The position numbers and the translations under genes are program-made. Below the pieces are notes generated by a model, which was not told where the DNA came from, made no database searches, and saw only the letters and a list, made by a program, of their open reading frames with translations. This document shows, piece after piece, positions 23,812 through 40,164 of a stretch of DNA of 64,000 nt (its first letter is position 1; each line of letters starts with the position of its first letter). Origin of the DNA: Mustelus asterias (Eukaryota); assembly GCF_964213995.1 (NCBI RefSeq), contig NC_135813.1, positions 94,612,001 through 94,676,000 on the forward strand. The letters are read 5' to 3'.

Positions 23812-26339
23812 GAATTAATCTCCAGATCAATTGAGATACAATACTGGTGCACATTTCCTTTCATGACAACAGTTACCCTACTTCAACAGAAATTTGTGTG
23901 AAGCACAGAGACATTTTGGTACAAATTAAGCGGCTATTATTATTTATTGTACTGCATTTCATTTTTGAGAATTTGAGCAGTACACAAGGAGCCTCGATAC
24001 ACTCAACAATTTATTGCACAAAATTAAAGCTCAAATATTTACTTTTTCACCCCTTCAAGTCATTAATTAGCTATTGCAACAAAATAAAAATGTTAAAACA
24101 TACATCCAGCTCTTCCACTGGCTCAGATGGTGAGCCAAACAGAACAAATGGCATAGCTTCAATTCCTTGTCTTTACTGAGTTGGCTCATTTCAACCAAGG
24201 CCACAATTAAGAAGGTTTCAAATATCCCCAGTCTGACAAGAAAATGTTTTTAAAAAATAAGTTAAAAAATTAACCAGTGCTTCTATTTGACAACTATCTT
24301 GTTAGAAAGTATACGTGTGCACACAGATATAAAGTTAAGACAGGGAGATACTCTGGTGCAATTTCCTTAGCAATTAAAAATCCTGGTGGCATTCAGTATT
24401 TAAGTTAATTCATGAAAGTGAATACTTGGTTGAGGTAGCAAGAGTGTGTGGCACTGGTGGAACGGTATCGTCACATGAAATGGTATGCTGAAGAGAAAAG
24501 TGGAGCAAATTAGAGGAGCTTTTAAAAAAATCTGTTTGTGGTGAGATGGTGACCTACAGTACTAAAATTACAATAAGCAAAATACTGCAGATGCTGCAAC
24601 CTGAAATAAAGAATAGCGGATGCTGGAAAAACTCAGCAGGGCTGCCAGCATCTACCAGGAGAAGAGTCAACAGGCTCAAAAGCAAGTTTCCAGGATTGTC
24701 ACAACTGAACAAAGTGTGTGTCACATGGAGGCAAAATTATTTTATTCTCTCTGACTCACACAGCCCCAACAGAGTTTAAATATGCTCAAACCTGGGGAGC
24801 AAGCAATCCAATCTCAAATCTTATCCAATGGAACTGGTAATGGTGATTATATTAGATTTTCCTCTTGTTCTGCTGAGAAGTATCAGTTTGGAGCACTGGC
24901 TATTGTTCAAGGAATATGTAGCTGCGAATAGAGTCCTCAGCATATTTACTTTTCCCAATCCCAGTTTGGAGCGGCAGCTGGGGGTGGGGGCGGGTTTATT
25001 GTACCATTTTGGCACAAATTTGCCCTTGCAATAAGCAAGTTAACTCCAAAACCATGCTATTCACAAATGAGAAAACATTTCCCATAAGACAGACAGACAA
25101 ACAAAAACAGGATCTCCAAAAAGATAAAGATGATCTTTTTCTAATGCAGTCTTAGCGGGTGGTGTTGCTTTAGATTACAAAATAATTCACATCTCAATAG
25201 GAATTCTAATCTCACGTAACATCTGCCTACTTGCTTGTCAGGGCAGGTACGTGTGTAGGCACATTTGCTGATTTAATATATTCCCAACAGCATCAGATGG
25301 TTAAACTTCAAAGCAACACAACCAGCACATTTAAAATTGGTGCATAGAAGCACAACAAATAAAATCCAATTTCCCACTCAGTCTTTGTGTAGCAGCTCCT
25401 TCATCTCATCTTATAAAATGCTATCAATCCCAGTTATTCATAATGGAGAAAATCTCAAGGTCAAAACTTTTGTTCAAATTCTCATTAATCTTAGACTTAA
25501 AATAATTCCATATGAAATATCAAATTTACTGTCTCACCGCGACCCACATCATTGGGTTGTGGGTTGTTCATATCTTAAATCAATTCCATTGAATGGAACA
25601 AGGGTTGGCTCTTTGGATAAGTCTAGGAGCTGAACCACAACTAACTAGCTCCAGTACAAAAAAATACAATCAAGCAATACTGCTGCAAACCCATAAGTAA
25701 AAGGGTTCTCTGGGATGTACCGAAGTGCTAGTTCTTCATTAGCACTTCAGGAGATTTTCTGATTATAACAACATTGAACATTTCAATTTTAAACAATCTC
25801 TACAAAGCAATTTTAGACTCAGCCAAGGGGGGATTTTGTGCTCCCATTTTTATGAATTGTGACAGGTCCCCCATGACCTGCTCCTGGTGAGCAGAACCTG
25901 CTGGAGGTGCACAGCTGAGTGTGGCCCCTGGGGGAGAGGGTTATGTCCAGGCAGTACCCTGGCACTGTTGGAAGAGGGGCTGTTGCTTGGATGGATGTTC
26001 CATGTGTGTGCGGGGGTGATGGGTGGTTCTATTTTTATTTGTTTAAAATTGGACCACTCCAATCTTTTAACAACCTAAGTTGCTGGTGGAGCAGGCTTAA
26101 CCACAGCCTGCCCTGCCAGCGTGATGCTGACTTTTCTTTTGACTCAGAACCTAAAATGAACACACCCTTGGGCAGGCAACTTCCATTCTATTTTTCACTC
26201 CCGGTGTGCCTCTCTGCAAAATATAATCAGAAAATTCCACCTATAGATTCTGGAGGAGCTTAAGATTCCTTGGAAGAAAGGTGGAAAAGGTGTGTTCTAA
26301 TGTTTTCATTGAACCAATGCTTTCTGTTAAGATGCTTAC

Positions 26340-26445
26340 TTTGCTCAGGTCTTTGGCTGCAACACTGTCATCTTCCCGACACGGCAAGCGATGGACGAAT
26401 GCCAACATCGAATATTTGGCTCTGATAAATTCGGCTTTATTAGGG
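26340..26445 (-). CDS. GIT2: GIT2 exon 4 (PNKAEFIRAKYSMLAFVHRLPCREDDSVAAKDLSK)
   Basis: AG/GT boundaries, 106 nt, inside ORF 26241..26519. Confidence 0.96.
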
Positions 26446-27354
26446 CTGAATGGTGAAAGAGATAACCAAGTTGTTTGACAAAACAAGCAGGTTTCAAAAA
26501 CTCTACAGTGCATATACATTCAGAACAAACAAAATAACTTGTAGGGAGGGGAGAGAGTCTTATGAGAAATTGTGCTCATTACAATGAGGGATATCAGCAT
26601 TGGGAAATGAAATACAGACAATTCAAGTCATAAATACTAGATGTTAAAGTTAGATGTTAAAATAATGCTATTGCTACCATGCCTTAATTGTCATGACTCC
26701 GTCCCCATAATATGCCTCAGGTAGAACTTTTGAACAGAACATATGACTGTATCAATGTGATGTTTACCAATTATCCCATACCAGCCATTATCTGGCAATA
26801 GAGTCAATATAACATTCATAAGTGTTTTGTTTTTTAAAAAATTCCTTTCTCAGAATTACTGAGTCAATGTACAGAGTGGACAGAGCCCTTAATCCATCTC
26901 CCTGCTTGCTCCAAAAACCAATTCAAATTGAATCCAATTCATGGTCCCCACAGAAGAGACATACTAGATCCAAGCGGACAAAAACAGGCATTACACCTGA
27001 TCTCATGCTTGATCTTAGCCAAAATGCCGAGTGTGCTGAACTGGCGATAGCTTTGTCCTCTGACTACTGCCTTCCTGAAACAGGAGTGAGACAGTACAAA
27101 CACTCTTGCTGATGAATAGCATAATGGGTGCAGGCAACTTTCTAATACCTCACTCAAATTATCACATTTTGCATGTGTATCTGGTCAATAAATGTGGCCA
27201 ATCATGATGGGCAACATAAGTGATCCCAACCTCCCCATCTATTTTCGGCTCAATGTAAACATAAGCTTGCTGTGCGAGATACCAAAAGATGAATGGGACC
27301 CAAAGTACCACACCTGTAAGAACAAAACTTTCACATTTAAACAAATGGTTTGAC

Positions 27355-27880
27355 TTCAGGTGGAGTGTTGTGTCCAGTACTGGGCATCACATTTTGTGAG
27401 GAACATGAAAGCTTTGGGGACAGGTCAGAGGAAATTTATTGGAATGTTTACAGGTATGAGGGATTGCAATACATGGTGAGAATGGAGGAGCAGGGGCTGT
27501 TTAATTGGAGCAGGGAGGACAGAGAGGAGAGTTGATGGGGCAGTTTAAAATCATGAAGGGTTTAGGGAGAGTAAGAGAAGAGAAACTGTTTCCCGTGGCT
27601 AATTGGATGCTAACCAGAAGGCAAAGATTTAACATGTTAGCAAAAGAACCAGAGTTAACAGGAGGAAAACGTTTTTATGTAATGAATGTTTAATATCTGG
27701 AAAGCTTTGCTTGATTGAGGGTCAGAGATAGATTCAATAGTAGCTTTTGAAGTGAAATTGGATAAATACTTAGAGACAAAATTGCATGGACATGGGGAAA
27801 GAGGCGAGACACAAATTGGATTACTCTCTGAAATAGTCAAATGGCCTCCTACTATGTGGTATTATTTTATGATTCTATGG
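27355..27880 (+). mobile_element. Old CR1 3' fragment
   Basis: Degenerate homology to the younger CR1 copies in the window. Confidence 0.7.
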
Positions 27881-28866
27881 AACACATTTTACTGTCTTCA
27901 CGCAAGGGACATTTAACAATATGTCAACTTACTTTATAAATGTAAGTATTTATTTTATTCATATGAGACTTTTATAGCTAGCAGGCAGAGGAGGCTGGCA
28001 AACCACCAAACTGGGCTAGAATTGATGCTAGATCCCACAGCCAAAAGGCTTGCGTCTAACCTGTATTATCAATAAAGGGAAAAATCTGAGAAAATTCAAG
28101 TGGAGAAACTAATCAAGAGCTATTAATATGCTGATCCTGGGACCTAGCATACAGGGTTGCTCACTGTAAAATTGTTGCAGGACTAGAGTTCTGCAACCAG
28201 AGATTTGGAAATGTAAGTTTTCAGCTATTAACAGCTCTTTCCACTAAATGACTAATGCATCGCTACAGATTTCTTGCAAGTTTAGTTTTTGCAAGCCTGT
28301 ATTTGGCTCCAGAATCATCCTCCTAATTCACAGGAAAGGCTGGCAATGAGGAAAACATAGACCCAACATATGTATATTTAAGGCAATGAACTGTTTAATC
28401 CCTGAAAAATGTTCCTATTCGGACAACAAATAGTTAACTTATTCATTTTATGGCTCAATTTAATTTCCCTGATGTAATGGAAATCATGTTGGTGATGGAG
28501 GCAGAACCAGTCTCGACCTTAAGTGATTCTATACCTCAGAAAATAAACAGTTGTAGCTCAGTTTCAATCAGGAGGTATTCTCTGGCAGAGACCGTAAGAA
28601 TAATGATGGGGCATTGAAATGTTAGACCAGTATCAACGGGAAATAAGACGGATAATTTGGGGTGGTCTAAGTCAAGCTATTATCAGGCATGTGCAAATTG
28701 ATAAATAGGCGGGAGGCGTCTTTCAATCAGGTTACAGGGCTCGAAGTTAAGACTGCAGAACCACAAGCCAATAAGAGTCCTGACAAAAAAAGTTGTACCT
28801 TGTGCCTTATACATGCAAAAATGTGTTGGAAAAGACTTTTAAAATTACCCGCTTCAATGTACTTAC

Positions 28867-28976
28867 TGTACTTTGTCTTGAGGGCTGGCCTTGCGCTTTC
28901 CACTCATTGCAGTAGGATCCAGCAACGAATGTTCCCAGATTGAATTGGCACCATTGCTAACAAGAGTTTGCACCAT
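28867..28976 (-). CDS. GIT2: GIT2 exon 3 (MVQTLVSNGANSIWEHSLLDPTAMSGKRKASPQDKVH)
   Basis: AG/GT boundaries, 110 nt, GANSIWEHSLLDP motif. Confidence 0.95.
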
Positions 28977-30439
28977 CTGAAATTAAAAACATTTTTAAAA
29001 AGGCTGAAATGGAATACATTATTCACATTGTGTTATTAGCATTTTGACAAATGATGCAGCTTCTGCAAGGGTATTTTTTTCTCTTCTGGAGACTCAAAGC
29101 TTTACTCAGATTGAAGAAAATAGTGGTAAGTAGGGCCTAAAATATCTCAAGCTGGATTGATGTGTTGGAATATTGACTATCCACAATTATATTTATAGAA
29201 TAGATTAACCCTTGCAATACACAATCAGGGTACAATAGTACAATGTAGATTACAAGTAATAACCTTAATCAAGAACCACAACAATTGTGTGGAAATAATG
29301 TGTCAGATTAAGGTTTCTTAGATTTTTACCAGCCTTGATTGAAATGACACCTGGGGCAAAAATGTTACTACTGGTCATCGTCAGAGTATGAAATGAAATA
29401 AAATGGCATCAGTAAGGAATGTTGATTTTTAGCATCCTGTGAAATGTCAAATGATTGGAACACACCAAAGGTTAGGAAAGCAGCATTAAAACATAAGAGA
29501 TACTGCCACTCTCGAATTAGGATCTATTTATTTTCCATGAAGGTTCTTTCTTTTAAAATCTTCTCTTACTCACTTTCCTGCCTTACTTTTCACTTTGGAC
29601 TATAAAGATACACACTGTGATTACTCAGAAGCCACATATAAAGTTCACATCATGTTCCCATTAATTTTCATTCCTCTCAAGTTACTGGCTAAGAATTGTC
29701 CACCAATGAGGCAACAACATTAAAAAAAAACTGGCTTTTGTACAAAATTCAACAGCTCATAAATGGAAATATAAACACAAATAGAACAGAGTAGTTTGGG
29801 CTTGCCAGTCCTTTGAAGCCAGTAGTCCGACCCGACCACTGCATATACCATTTTACTCCTCCTCCGTTCTGGGTGAACAATCTTTTCCCCGATTCCTGCT
29901 AGCAGTACTGCTATCAGCCACCAGGAATACACGAGGGATATCCCAAGTAACTCACCTTCCAATTTTCCCATTTTTGTTGGGACATAGCTGTCCCTTCCAC
30001 AAAAATTATGAGATCAAATATTGAGCAAAACATAATTATGGCCAGCGAGACACACCTTATTATTCAAGTGGTTAGGCTCCTACGTACAGGGAGGCATTTC
30101 CCAGAACTAGCTTAGAGACTCTCCCCACGCCCCCCGCAACTGCGGCACTCAAGGTTACAGAGTTGCTAATGGGTGGAGAGCTTCGAGGGTCATGATGCTT
30201 AGATGTAACATGAATATATGGGTCAGGCTTCTTTGAGTAACCAGTCTTTTTCAGCGCATCCATTTTATATATTTGCACAGCTTGAAAATGCATATTTCTC
30301 AATCTCCAATCTTTCAAGATTTAATTTGCTGCTTCCTTCATGCATCTGGTTCTTTTGAAGCCAATTCGATCTTTTAGCTATCCAACTCCTGAGACACAAA
30401 AATTTTTTTTTAAATCCCCTAAGCCAATTTGTGGAATTA

Positions 30440-30762
30440 GGGCAGCACGGTCGCACAGTGGTTAACACTGCTGCCTCACAGCGCCAGGGAGCCGGGTTCA
30501 TTCTGGCCTCGGGTGACTGTGTGGAGTTTGCATGTTCTCCCCGTGTCTGCGTGGGTTTCCTCCAGGTGCTCCAGTTTCCTCTCATACTCCAAAGATGTGC
30601 TGGTTACGTTGATTGACCGTGCTCAGTTTCCCCATAGCGTCAGGGAGATTTTCAGGGTAAACGTGTGGGGCTATGGGGATAGGGCTTGGGTGGGATTGTT
30701 GTCGGTGCAGACTCGATGGGCTGAATGGCCTCTTTCTGCACTGTAGGGATTCTATTCTATGA
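30440..30762 (+). mobile_element. HE1-type SINE
   Basis: Same head, core and tail. Confidence 0.87.
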
Positions 30763-30926
30763 ATTGGTAATTCTGTTCGAGGAGACCTCATCAACTACCA
30801 GTCCAATTTGATTTTGTATACAATGATATCAGACATAGTCAGGGACTCATCGAGCTCCCAACTGAACTTTTGCAGCAAACCTGTACTCTTTAAGAGAATG
30901 TGATTACACAACAAAATGTTCCTTAC

Positions 30927-31060
30927 CTGTAGCAGGGTGGGAGGCCATGGTGTGTGTGTCAGGTGTCGTACCTGAGATATATGCCGGCCCAGACTGCGGT
31001 GTACACTGCAGCAGTCATCACAAATCAGAACACCCCTGTTTATTGATGCCCAGCGAGGAT
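30927..31060 (-). CDS. GIT2: GIT2 exon 2 (DPRWASINRGVLICDDCCSVHRSLGRHISQVRHLTHTPWPPTLLQ)
   Basis: AG/GT boundaries, 134 nt, in frame; second CxxC pair and catalytic Arg of the ARF-GAP domain. Confidence 0.96.
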
Positions 31061-33504
31061 CTGGGATAGAAACAATGTATATATATTATTTAATTGCTAC
31101 ATCAATTTCCAGACACCTTGACAAGCTTCAAAACAGTAAAAAAAAGTCAACCTAAAAATAAGCAATATTTCCATGTAAAACAAAGAAAAACGAACTTGCA
31201 GATTTAAAGTCCTGATTCTGATAGAAACCAACAAAAAAAACTAACTGCAACTTTTATCAGAGATTTATTATTACTCATATCAGGAATATCTTGATATTGA
31301 GGAAAACATTAAATATTTTGTAAAAATCCAACACTTGGTTATCTTTTTCAGACAGGAAGGTGGTCATATAATTGCTCACATATCTCAATCCCAAAATAGC
31401 AGATCATCAAGTTTACTGTTCAATCAGCATATTCTTTCAAGGGATTTCACTACATTGTAAAAGGTGGTTTAAATGGCATCTAGTTTGTATTATACAGATA
31501 AGTATCACTGGCAATATGTCTTAATCCAGTCACGACAGGAAACAGTTCCACAGCACAAATGGATCTAGAATTTAGCACTCTTGATTCAGTTAGTACACAG
31601 AAAGTAGTATAAGCAACCATCGAAAAATGAATTAAAACAAGCTCTGCTTTTTGGATTTAGCTGATAAAAATATATTTTCTTACAGAATTGATTAAACTTA
31701 TTAGTGGTGTACTAGGCAAAGGGCTTAAAATGTCCATTTGAGAGTCATAAACTTGCTTTGTTATATACAAGATAAAAATAGTTTGGCAACATTACTTCCC
31801 CATCCCAGGCAAAATTTTAATTTGATCCACAGAATCCATGCCAATATTGTGTAATAAGAATTGAGGGGGCAGAGAAATTTACCTAAATGTTTTCCACATT
31901 GCATTGATTTTCCTGTTATCTATGACACTTCTGATGTCAATACTATCCCCACAACATGTCATTACAAGAATATTTACAGTATAGCACAAACATTCAATCC
32001 CTCCGCCACCAACAAACATGGGCAGCTGTGTGTACCATCTACAAGATGCACTGCAGGAACTCACCAAGGTTCCTGAGGCAGCACTTTCCAAACACATCAT
32101 CACTACCATCTAGAAGGACAAGGGCAGCAGCTACCTGGGAACACCACTACCTGGACGTTCCCCTCCAAGTCATTCACTATTTTCACTTGAAAATATCACC
32201 GTTCCTTCACTGTCACTGGGTCAAAATCCTGGCATTCCCTCCCTAACATCATTGTGAGTGTACTTACACCTCAAGCCTGAAATATGCCAAAAGCAGTATA
32301 TGTTCAGCAATGTCTTAAAAGTTGGACATAAAATTATTTTTTTACTTTGCAAGCTTACCATTTCCACCCTACCAGGTAAGTCTCGATTTCCTTCTATGTT
32401 TATAGACAAACTTGTATTAGGACGAATGGATGGTTGGAGAGCAGGTAATTAAATAACTTGAAGCCCAACCTGTAAAAATCCTCAAATCTATGTTGCTCAA
32501 GGGATCAATTGACAAGTTAGCCAGGTACCTACATGAATGCATTTCTGCCAGGAATCCTGGCTGCGAGAGAACTCTACTTAAGCAACAAGAGCCTTGAAGA
32601 CAATAAGTCATTATGATCATGAAGAAATATCTTAGTCACCTTCTTAAACTTTTCTCGGTAGAACATAGTGATTGATCAGACATGTTGCAAAGGATTACAT
32701 CATCCTCTAACTTCTGTCAATGACTTCACTGTCTGACAGAAGTCAACAGGAGTTTTTTTGCTATACTTTTGGCACTGCACGAGTTCTGCAGAAACGAAAT
32801 TCTAATAAAAAATGTCATCTAAAATCTCACCAAAAGCTGCAAGCTAATACATGCCACAAGTCTATAATCTTTTTGAAGTGAATGTGCTGATGTGAACTGT
32901 TTGTTTTTATTTCAGTTCAAAGTAGTGCAAGAACACCAGATGATATGTTTCGTGCACATCACAATGCTCAAAAACATTTGTATATATGAGGCCATGCACC
33001 AGAGAGTCTATTGTACCAATCAGAAAAACAATAGCGTTTTGCCATTACCTCGCAGGACATGGGAACAGCAACACCTGCAAGATTCCCTCCGATTCACTCA
33101 TTATCCTGACTTGGAACTATATTACCATTTCTTGTCAGTGATGCACATATCTCATGAAGAAATTAAAAAAGTGCTTTGAAACAGTGGTATAGATACAGCA
33201 TTAGGATTATTTAGTGTAGTGGTATATGGGTAGGCTGAGGAAATTGCATTTAAACCAATGCCTGCCAAAGTAGCACAGTGCCACTTTTTGTGGGATACTT
33301 GTACTGCATGACCTCAAATTACTCTCACCAGTGGCAGACCTGTTACCAACACCCTACTGTTGTGTAGGTCAGAATGCTTTTTCCATACCTAACCAACGTT
33401 TTAAACGACACGGTTAGTAATTATTGTTTAGGTTTTTCCACAATTCAGGAGGAAATGGTACAAAATGTTTACATGGCCATAACTATTTGTTGAAATCCAA
33501 CTGA

Positions 33505-33895
33505 AACCAGGTTCAAGTCCCACTCCAGAGTCTGAGCACAAAAATTAAGGCAGATACTCCAGTGCAGTACTAAGGGCATGCTGCACTGTCAGAGGTATAC
33601 TCTTTCGGTTGAGACATTAAACTAAGGCTCTATCTGCCTGCTTAATTGGATGTCAAAGATCCCATGGCACTATTTCAAAGAAGGGCAGGGGAGCTATCCC
33701 CAGTGTCTTGGCCACTCATAATCCCCTAATCTAAATCACAAACCGACAGTTATCATAATAAATTTCCACAAACAATAATGAGGGCAAAACGGGTACCACA
33801 TATCCCATATTACATCAGTGACTACACTGTTCAATTTATGTAAAGCACTTTGAAACAGTTGGTGGTTGTGAAAATCACTATACAAATACAATTCT
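33505..33895 (+). mobile_element. Deu-domain SINE (SacSINE1/AmnSINE1-like), ancient
   Basis: cagtgcagtact.aggg..tgctgcactgtcagagg..gatgtcaaagatcccatggcactatttcaaagaag..caggggag; partial relative at ~350-620. Confidence 0.65.
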
Positions 33896-34054
33896 TTCAA
33901 GACTTTCTTCAATGCAAAACTTGGCAACTTGAGGACATCTAGGTTTCCTATACTGTAAAGGCAAATAAAAATATTGACATATCCAGTTTGCCATCTCAAC
34001 TTGTATAACATTTGCTGGTAGCTAACTCCTAAGACAGCAGATACATTCAACCTT

Positions 34055-34848
34055 TAGATTGCAGACTTGGGAACAGAAATGGCAGATGGAGTGCAATCTA
34101 GACAAATGCAAGGTGATGCATTTTGGAAGATCAAATTCAGGTGCGGATGATATAGTAAATGTCAGAACCCTTAGGAGCATTGACATTGATGGATCTGGGT
34201 GTACAGGTTGACAGATCCCTAAAAGTGACAACAGTGGTGGTTAAGGTGGTCAAGGTGGCATTTGGCAACACTTGCCTTCATCGGCCGGGGCATCAAGTAT
34301 AAAGGTTGGCAAGTTATGTTACAGCTGTATAAAATTTTAGTTCGGCCGCATTTCGAAAATTGCGTGCAGTTCTGGTCACCACACCATCAGAAGGATGTGG
34401 ATGCTTTGGAGAGGGTGCAAAGAAGGTTTACCAAGATGTTGCCTGGTCTGGAGGGTTTTAGCTATGAGGAGAGGTGGGATAAACTCGGATTGTTTTCACT
34501 GGAAAGTCAGAGGTTGAGGGGCGACCTGATAGAGGTCTACAAAATGAGAGTCATGAATAGAATGGATAGTCAGAGGCTTTTTCCCAGGGTGAAAGGGTTG
34601 ACTACAAGAGGGCACAGGTTCAAGGTGAGAGGTGGTAGGTTTAAGGGGGACGTGCGAGGATAGTTGTTCCACACAGAGGGTGGTGGGCACCTGAATGCAC
34701 TGCCAGTGGAGGTGATGGAAGCAGGCACGCTAGCAACATTCTTGATAGGCGCATGAACAAGGGATGAACTGAGGGATAGAAACCACATATTGGCACAGGC
34801 TTGGTGGACTGAAGGGCCTGTTCCTGTGCTGTACTGTTCTATGTTCTC
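34055..34848 (+). mobile_element. CR1/HER1 LINE 3' fragment
   Basis: ORF 34262..34663 LVRPHFENCVQFWSPH; HER1-type tail. Confidence 0.88.
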
Positions 34849-35473
34849 TCTTTAGCTGAGAAGTAGGCTGAACTCTAGTTCTTGTCCTTTCCTGACAGCA
34901 ATACTGCAAACCTTTTAGGCTGTCCAAGAGCTGTTTTTTCTCCCAATCATATGACAGCTTACCCACATTCACCACTACCGAAAGCCTTAAAAATAATTTA
35001 TTTTCAGATCAAAGGCTTCATCACTGAAGACAACCACATTCAAATATTAAACTACTTAAAATACACAGCGACCGGCCATGATGCATTAGAAAAATAGATT
35101 ACAAGTTCAGAAATGTAAAATTGGTGTAGCCACATGAACAGTTTCTAATTAAACAAAAGTACCTAATTTAAAATACAGCAGTGATGAAGGATTTAAATCA
35201 ATAACCATCCATTTTTCTCCTTTAGCTTTTTTAAGTTTTATATTTCCAGAATTTATAGAGTCTCTTTTAATCTTGAAATTTGAAATGATTATTATAGAAC
35301 AACAACTAGTACTTACACAATACTTTTAACATAATGAAATGCCCCAAGGTACTACACAGGAGTATTATAAATATAAAATTTGACATCAAACCTCACAAGT
35401 AGATACTAGTTTGGTCAAAGAGGTAGGTTTTAAGGAGTGTCTTAAAGCAGGAAGGAGAGGTTTAGGGAAGGAA

Positions 35474-36325
35474 TGGCCGCATTTGGAGTATTGCGTGCAG
35501 TTCTGGTCGCCACATTACCAGAAGGAGGTGGAAGCTTTGGAGAGATGCAAAGGAGGTTCACCAGGATGTTGCCCAGTCTCGAGGGTGTTGACTATGAGAA
35601 GAGGTTGAATAAAGTAGGATTGTTTTCACTACAAACATGGAGGCTGAGGAGAGACCTGATAGAGGTCTAATAAAGTACGAGAGGCATTGACAGGGTGGAT
35701 AGTCAGAGGCTTATCCCAGTTGAAGTTTATTTATTAGTGTCACAAGTAGGTTTACATTAACAATGCAATGAAGTTACTGTGAAATCCCCTAGTCGCTACA
35801 CTCCGGCACCTGTTCGGGTACACTGAGGGAGAGTTAGCATGCCTAATGCACCTAACCAGCACGTCGTTTAGACTGTGGGAGGAAACCGGAGCACCCGGAA
35901 GAAACACACGCAGACACGGAGGAGAACGTGCAGACTCCGCACAGGCAGTGACCCAAGCCGGGAATCGAACCCGGGTCCCTGGCGCTGAGAGGCAGCAGTG
36001 CTAACAACTGTGCCACCGTGTCGCCAGGGTGGAAGTGTCAATTACAAGGGGGCACAGTTCAAGGTGAGAGTTTAAGGTAGATGTGTTGAGGGACTTCACG
36101 CAGTGTGATGGGTGCCAGGAACGCACTGCCAGAGGGGGCGGTGGAAGCAGGCACGTTGGCAACATTTAAGAGGCATCTGGATGGGTACATGAAAAGGGAG
36201 GGATTAGAGAGTTATGGTCTGAGGAAGGGCAGAAGGTTTTTATAGTTTAATTAGGGCATCATGATCGGTACAGGCTAGGAGAGCCGAGGGGGCCTGTTCC
36301 TATGCTGTACTTTTCTTTGTTCTTT
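35474..36325 (+). mobile_element. CR1/HER1 3' fragment interrupted by a minus-strand SINE (~35722-36024)
   Basis: PHLEYCVQFWSPHYQK; sequence resumes at ccagggtggaagtg after the SINE. Confidence 0.85.
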
Positions 36326-37170
36326 TAGTTCCAAAGCTTAGGTGCTGAGGCAGCTAGAGGCACAGGCATCAATGATGCAGCAATTCAAATTGGATTTTCT
36401 TAAGAGGCTAAAATTTAATGGATGCAAATACTCAAGAAGGTAGTGGGGCTGGGGGAGGTTACAGGGATACAGTAGGGCAAAGCTAAGAGAGAGCCTGAAA
36501 ACAAGGATGAAAATTTTAAAATTGAATGTTGCTCGACTGGGAACCAGTGAAGGTCAGCAAGCACAGAAATGATGGATGAATATTAATATGATTGAAAACA
36601 TACAAACAGCAGAGTTTTAGATTAACTCAAGTTTAGGAAGGATAGAATATAGGAGGCTGGCTGGCTGGGAGTTCACTGGGATAGCCAAGTCTTGAGGTAA
36701 CAAAGGCACACACCAAGGTTTTCAGCAGCAGATGAGCAAAGGCGGGGCAGAATTGTGAGATGGTACGTAGGTGGAAATAGGCAGTCGCAGTGATGGTGCA
36801 TCATGTGGTCAAAAGCTTAACTTGGGGTCAAATGTGACATTGAGATTATCAGGAAAAGGTGTAATTGGTAGCGAGAGAATGGAGTTTGTAACAGAGGCTG
36901 AAGACAATGCCTTCAATCTTTTCTATATTGGAGAAAATTTCATCACTGGATGTCACTCAAGCAGTCTGATAATTTAGCAACAGCAGAAGAGTGGGAATGG
37001 AGGAGGAGACACAAAATATAAAAAATTCCTTTAATGTAACTTCATAAATTGATATAACTGCCTCATTACTCAATACTAGAGGGGAATACTATCTGTTACT
37101 GTAGCTATAGGCTACTGGCTGACCAGTTATTGAAAAATGCACTCTGCAATTTACAATGTGCAATTTTAAA

Positions 37171-37370
37171 TAAAAGCAAAAATACTGCAGATGCCAGAAA
37201 TCTGAATTATAAACAGAAAATGTTGGAAAAACTCAGCAGGTTTGACAGCATGTGTTGGGAGAGCAGAGTTAATGTTTTGAGTCTGTACAGGCTCGCAACA
37301 TTCGTTCTGTTTCTCTCAACACAGATGCTGCCAGACCTGAGTTTTCCCAGTAGTTTTCTGTTTTTATATC
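37171..37370. mobile_element. Fold-back element of a second Penelope-like family
   Basis: Terminus aaaagcaaaaatactgcagatg..; imperfect inverted arms; TSD TGCAATTTTAAA 37159-37170 and 37371-37382. Confidence 0.7.
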
Positions 37371-37511
37371 TGCAATTTTAAAGACCTGACGAAGATATTA
37401 ATTAGTAATGAACATTGTCATTGCTTTGGAGGGAAAACACAAGTACATTTTCATCATAATTAAGTTCACAAGTGATTTAACCTACATTAGATTATATTTG
37501 TAATTGATATA

Positions 37512-37782
37512 AGTTTATTTATTCATCACAAGTAGGTTTACATTAACACTGCCATTAAGTTACTGTGAAAATCCCCTAGTTGCCACACTCCGGCACCTGT
37601 TTGGGTACATTGAGGGAGAATTTAGCATGACCAATGCACCTAACCAACACTTCTTTTGCACTGTGTGAGGAAACCCTTGCAGACATGGGGAGAACATGCA
37701 AACTCCACACAGACAGTGACCCAAACCGGGAATTGAACCCAGGTCCCTGGTGCTGTGAGGTGGCAGTGCTACTGTGCCACCC
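37512..37782 (-). mobile_element. SINE with HE1 head and alternative tail
   Basis: Tail ..ggggattttcacagtaactt..gtaaacctacttgtga..aataataaac. Confidence 0.75.
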
Positions 37783-37870
37783 ACTAACTTATTTGTATAA
37801 TGCACAAAGGCAGTATACATATAAGCAGTTATTTTACATGGGATTCCTGTAAATCAGTAAATCACAATCA

Positions 37871-39913
<2,043 letters not shown>

Positions 39914-40164
39914 TACATGTGACAATAATACACTTGTAGGAATTGCTCAACTTCTCCAAAATCATCTGATACATAAAGGAAAGTGTGCTAGTCTTACACA
40001 GTATACATTGTATTAATGTACAAAGAGCGACGCAATACTGAATCAATACTACGGGGGGACGACAGAATTCACAAGTGGCTGTTCAGAGCGAACAGGATAC
40101 ACTTCTACAAGCAAACAGAAATATGGTGTCCCGGACATTCGATAACGTACAGAACCCAATCTGG

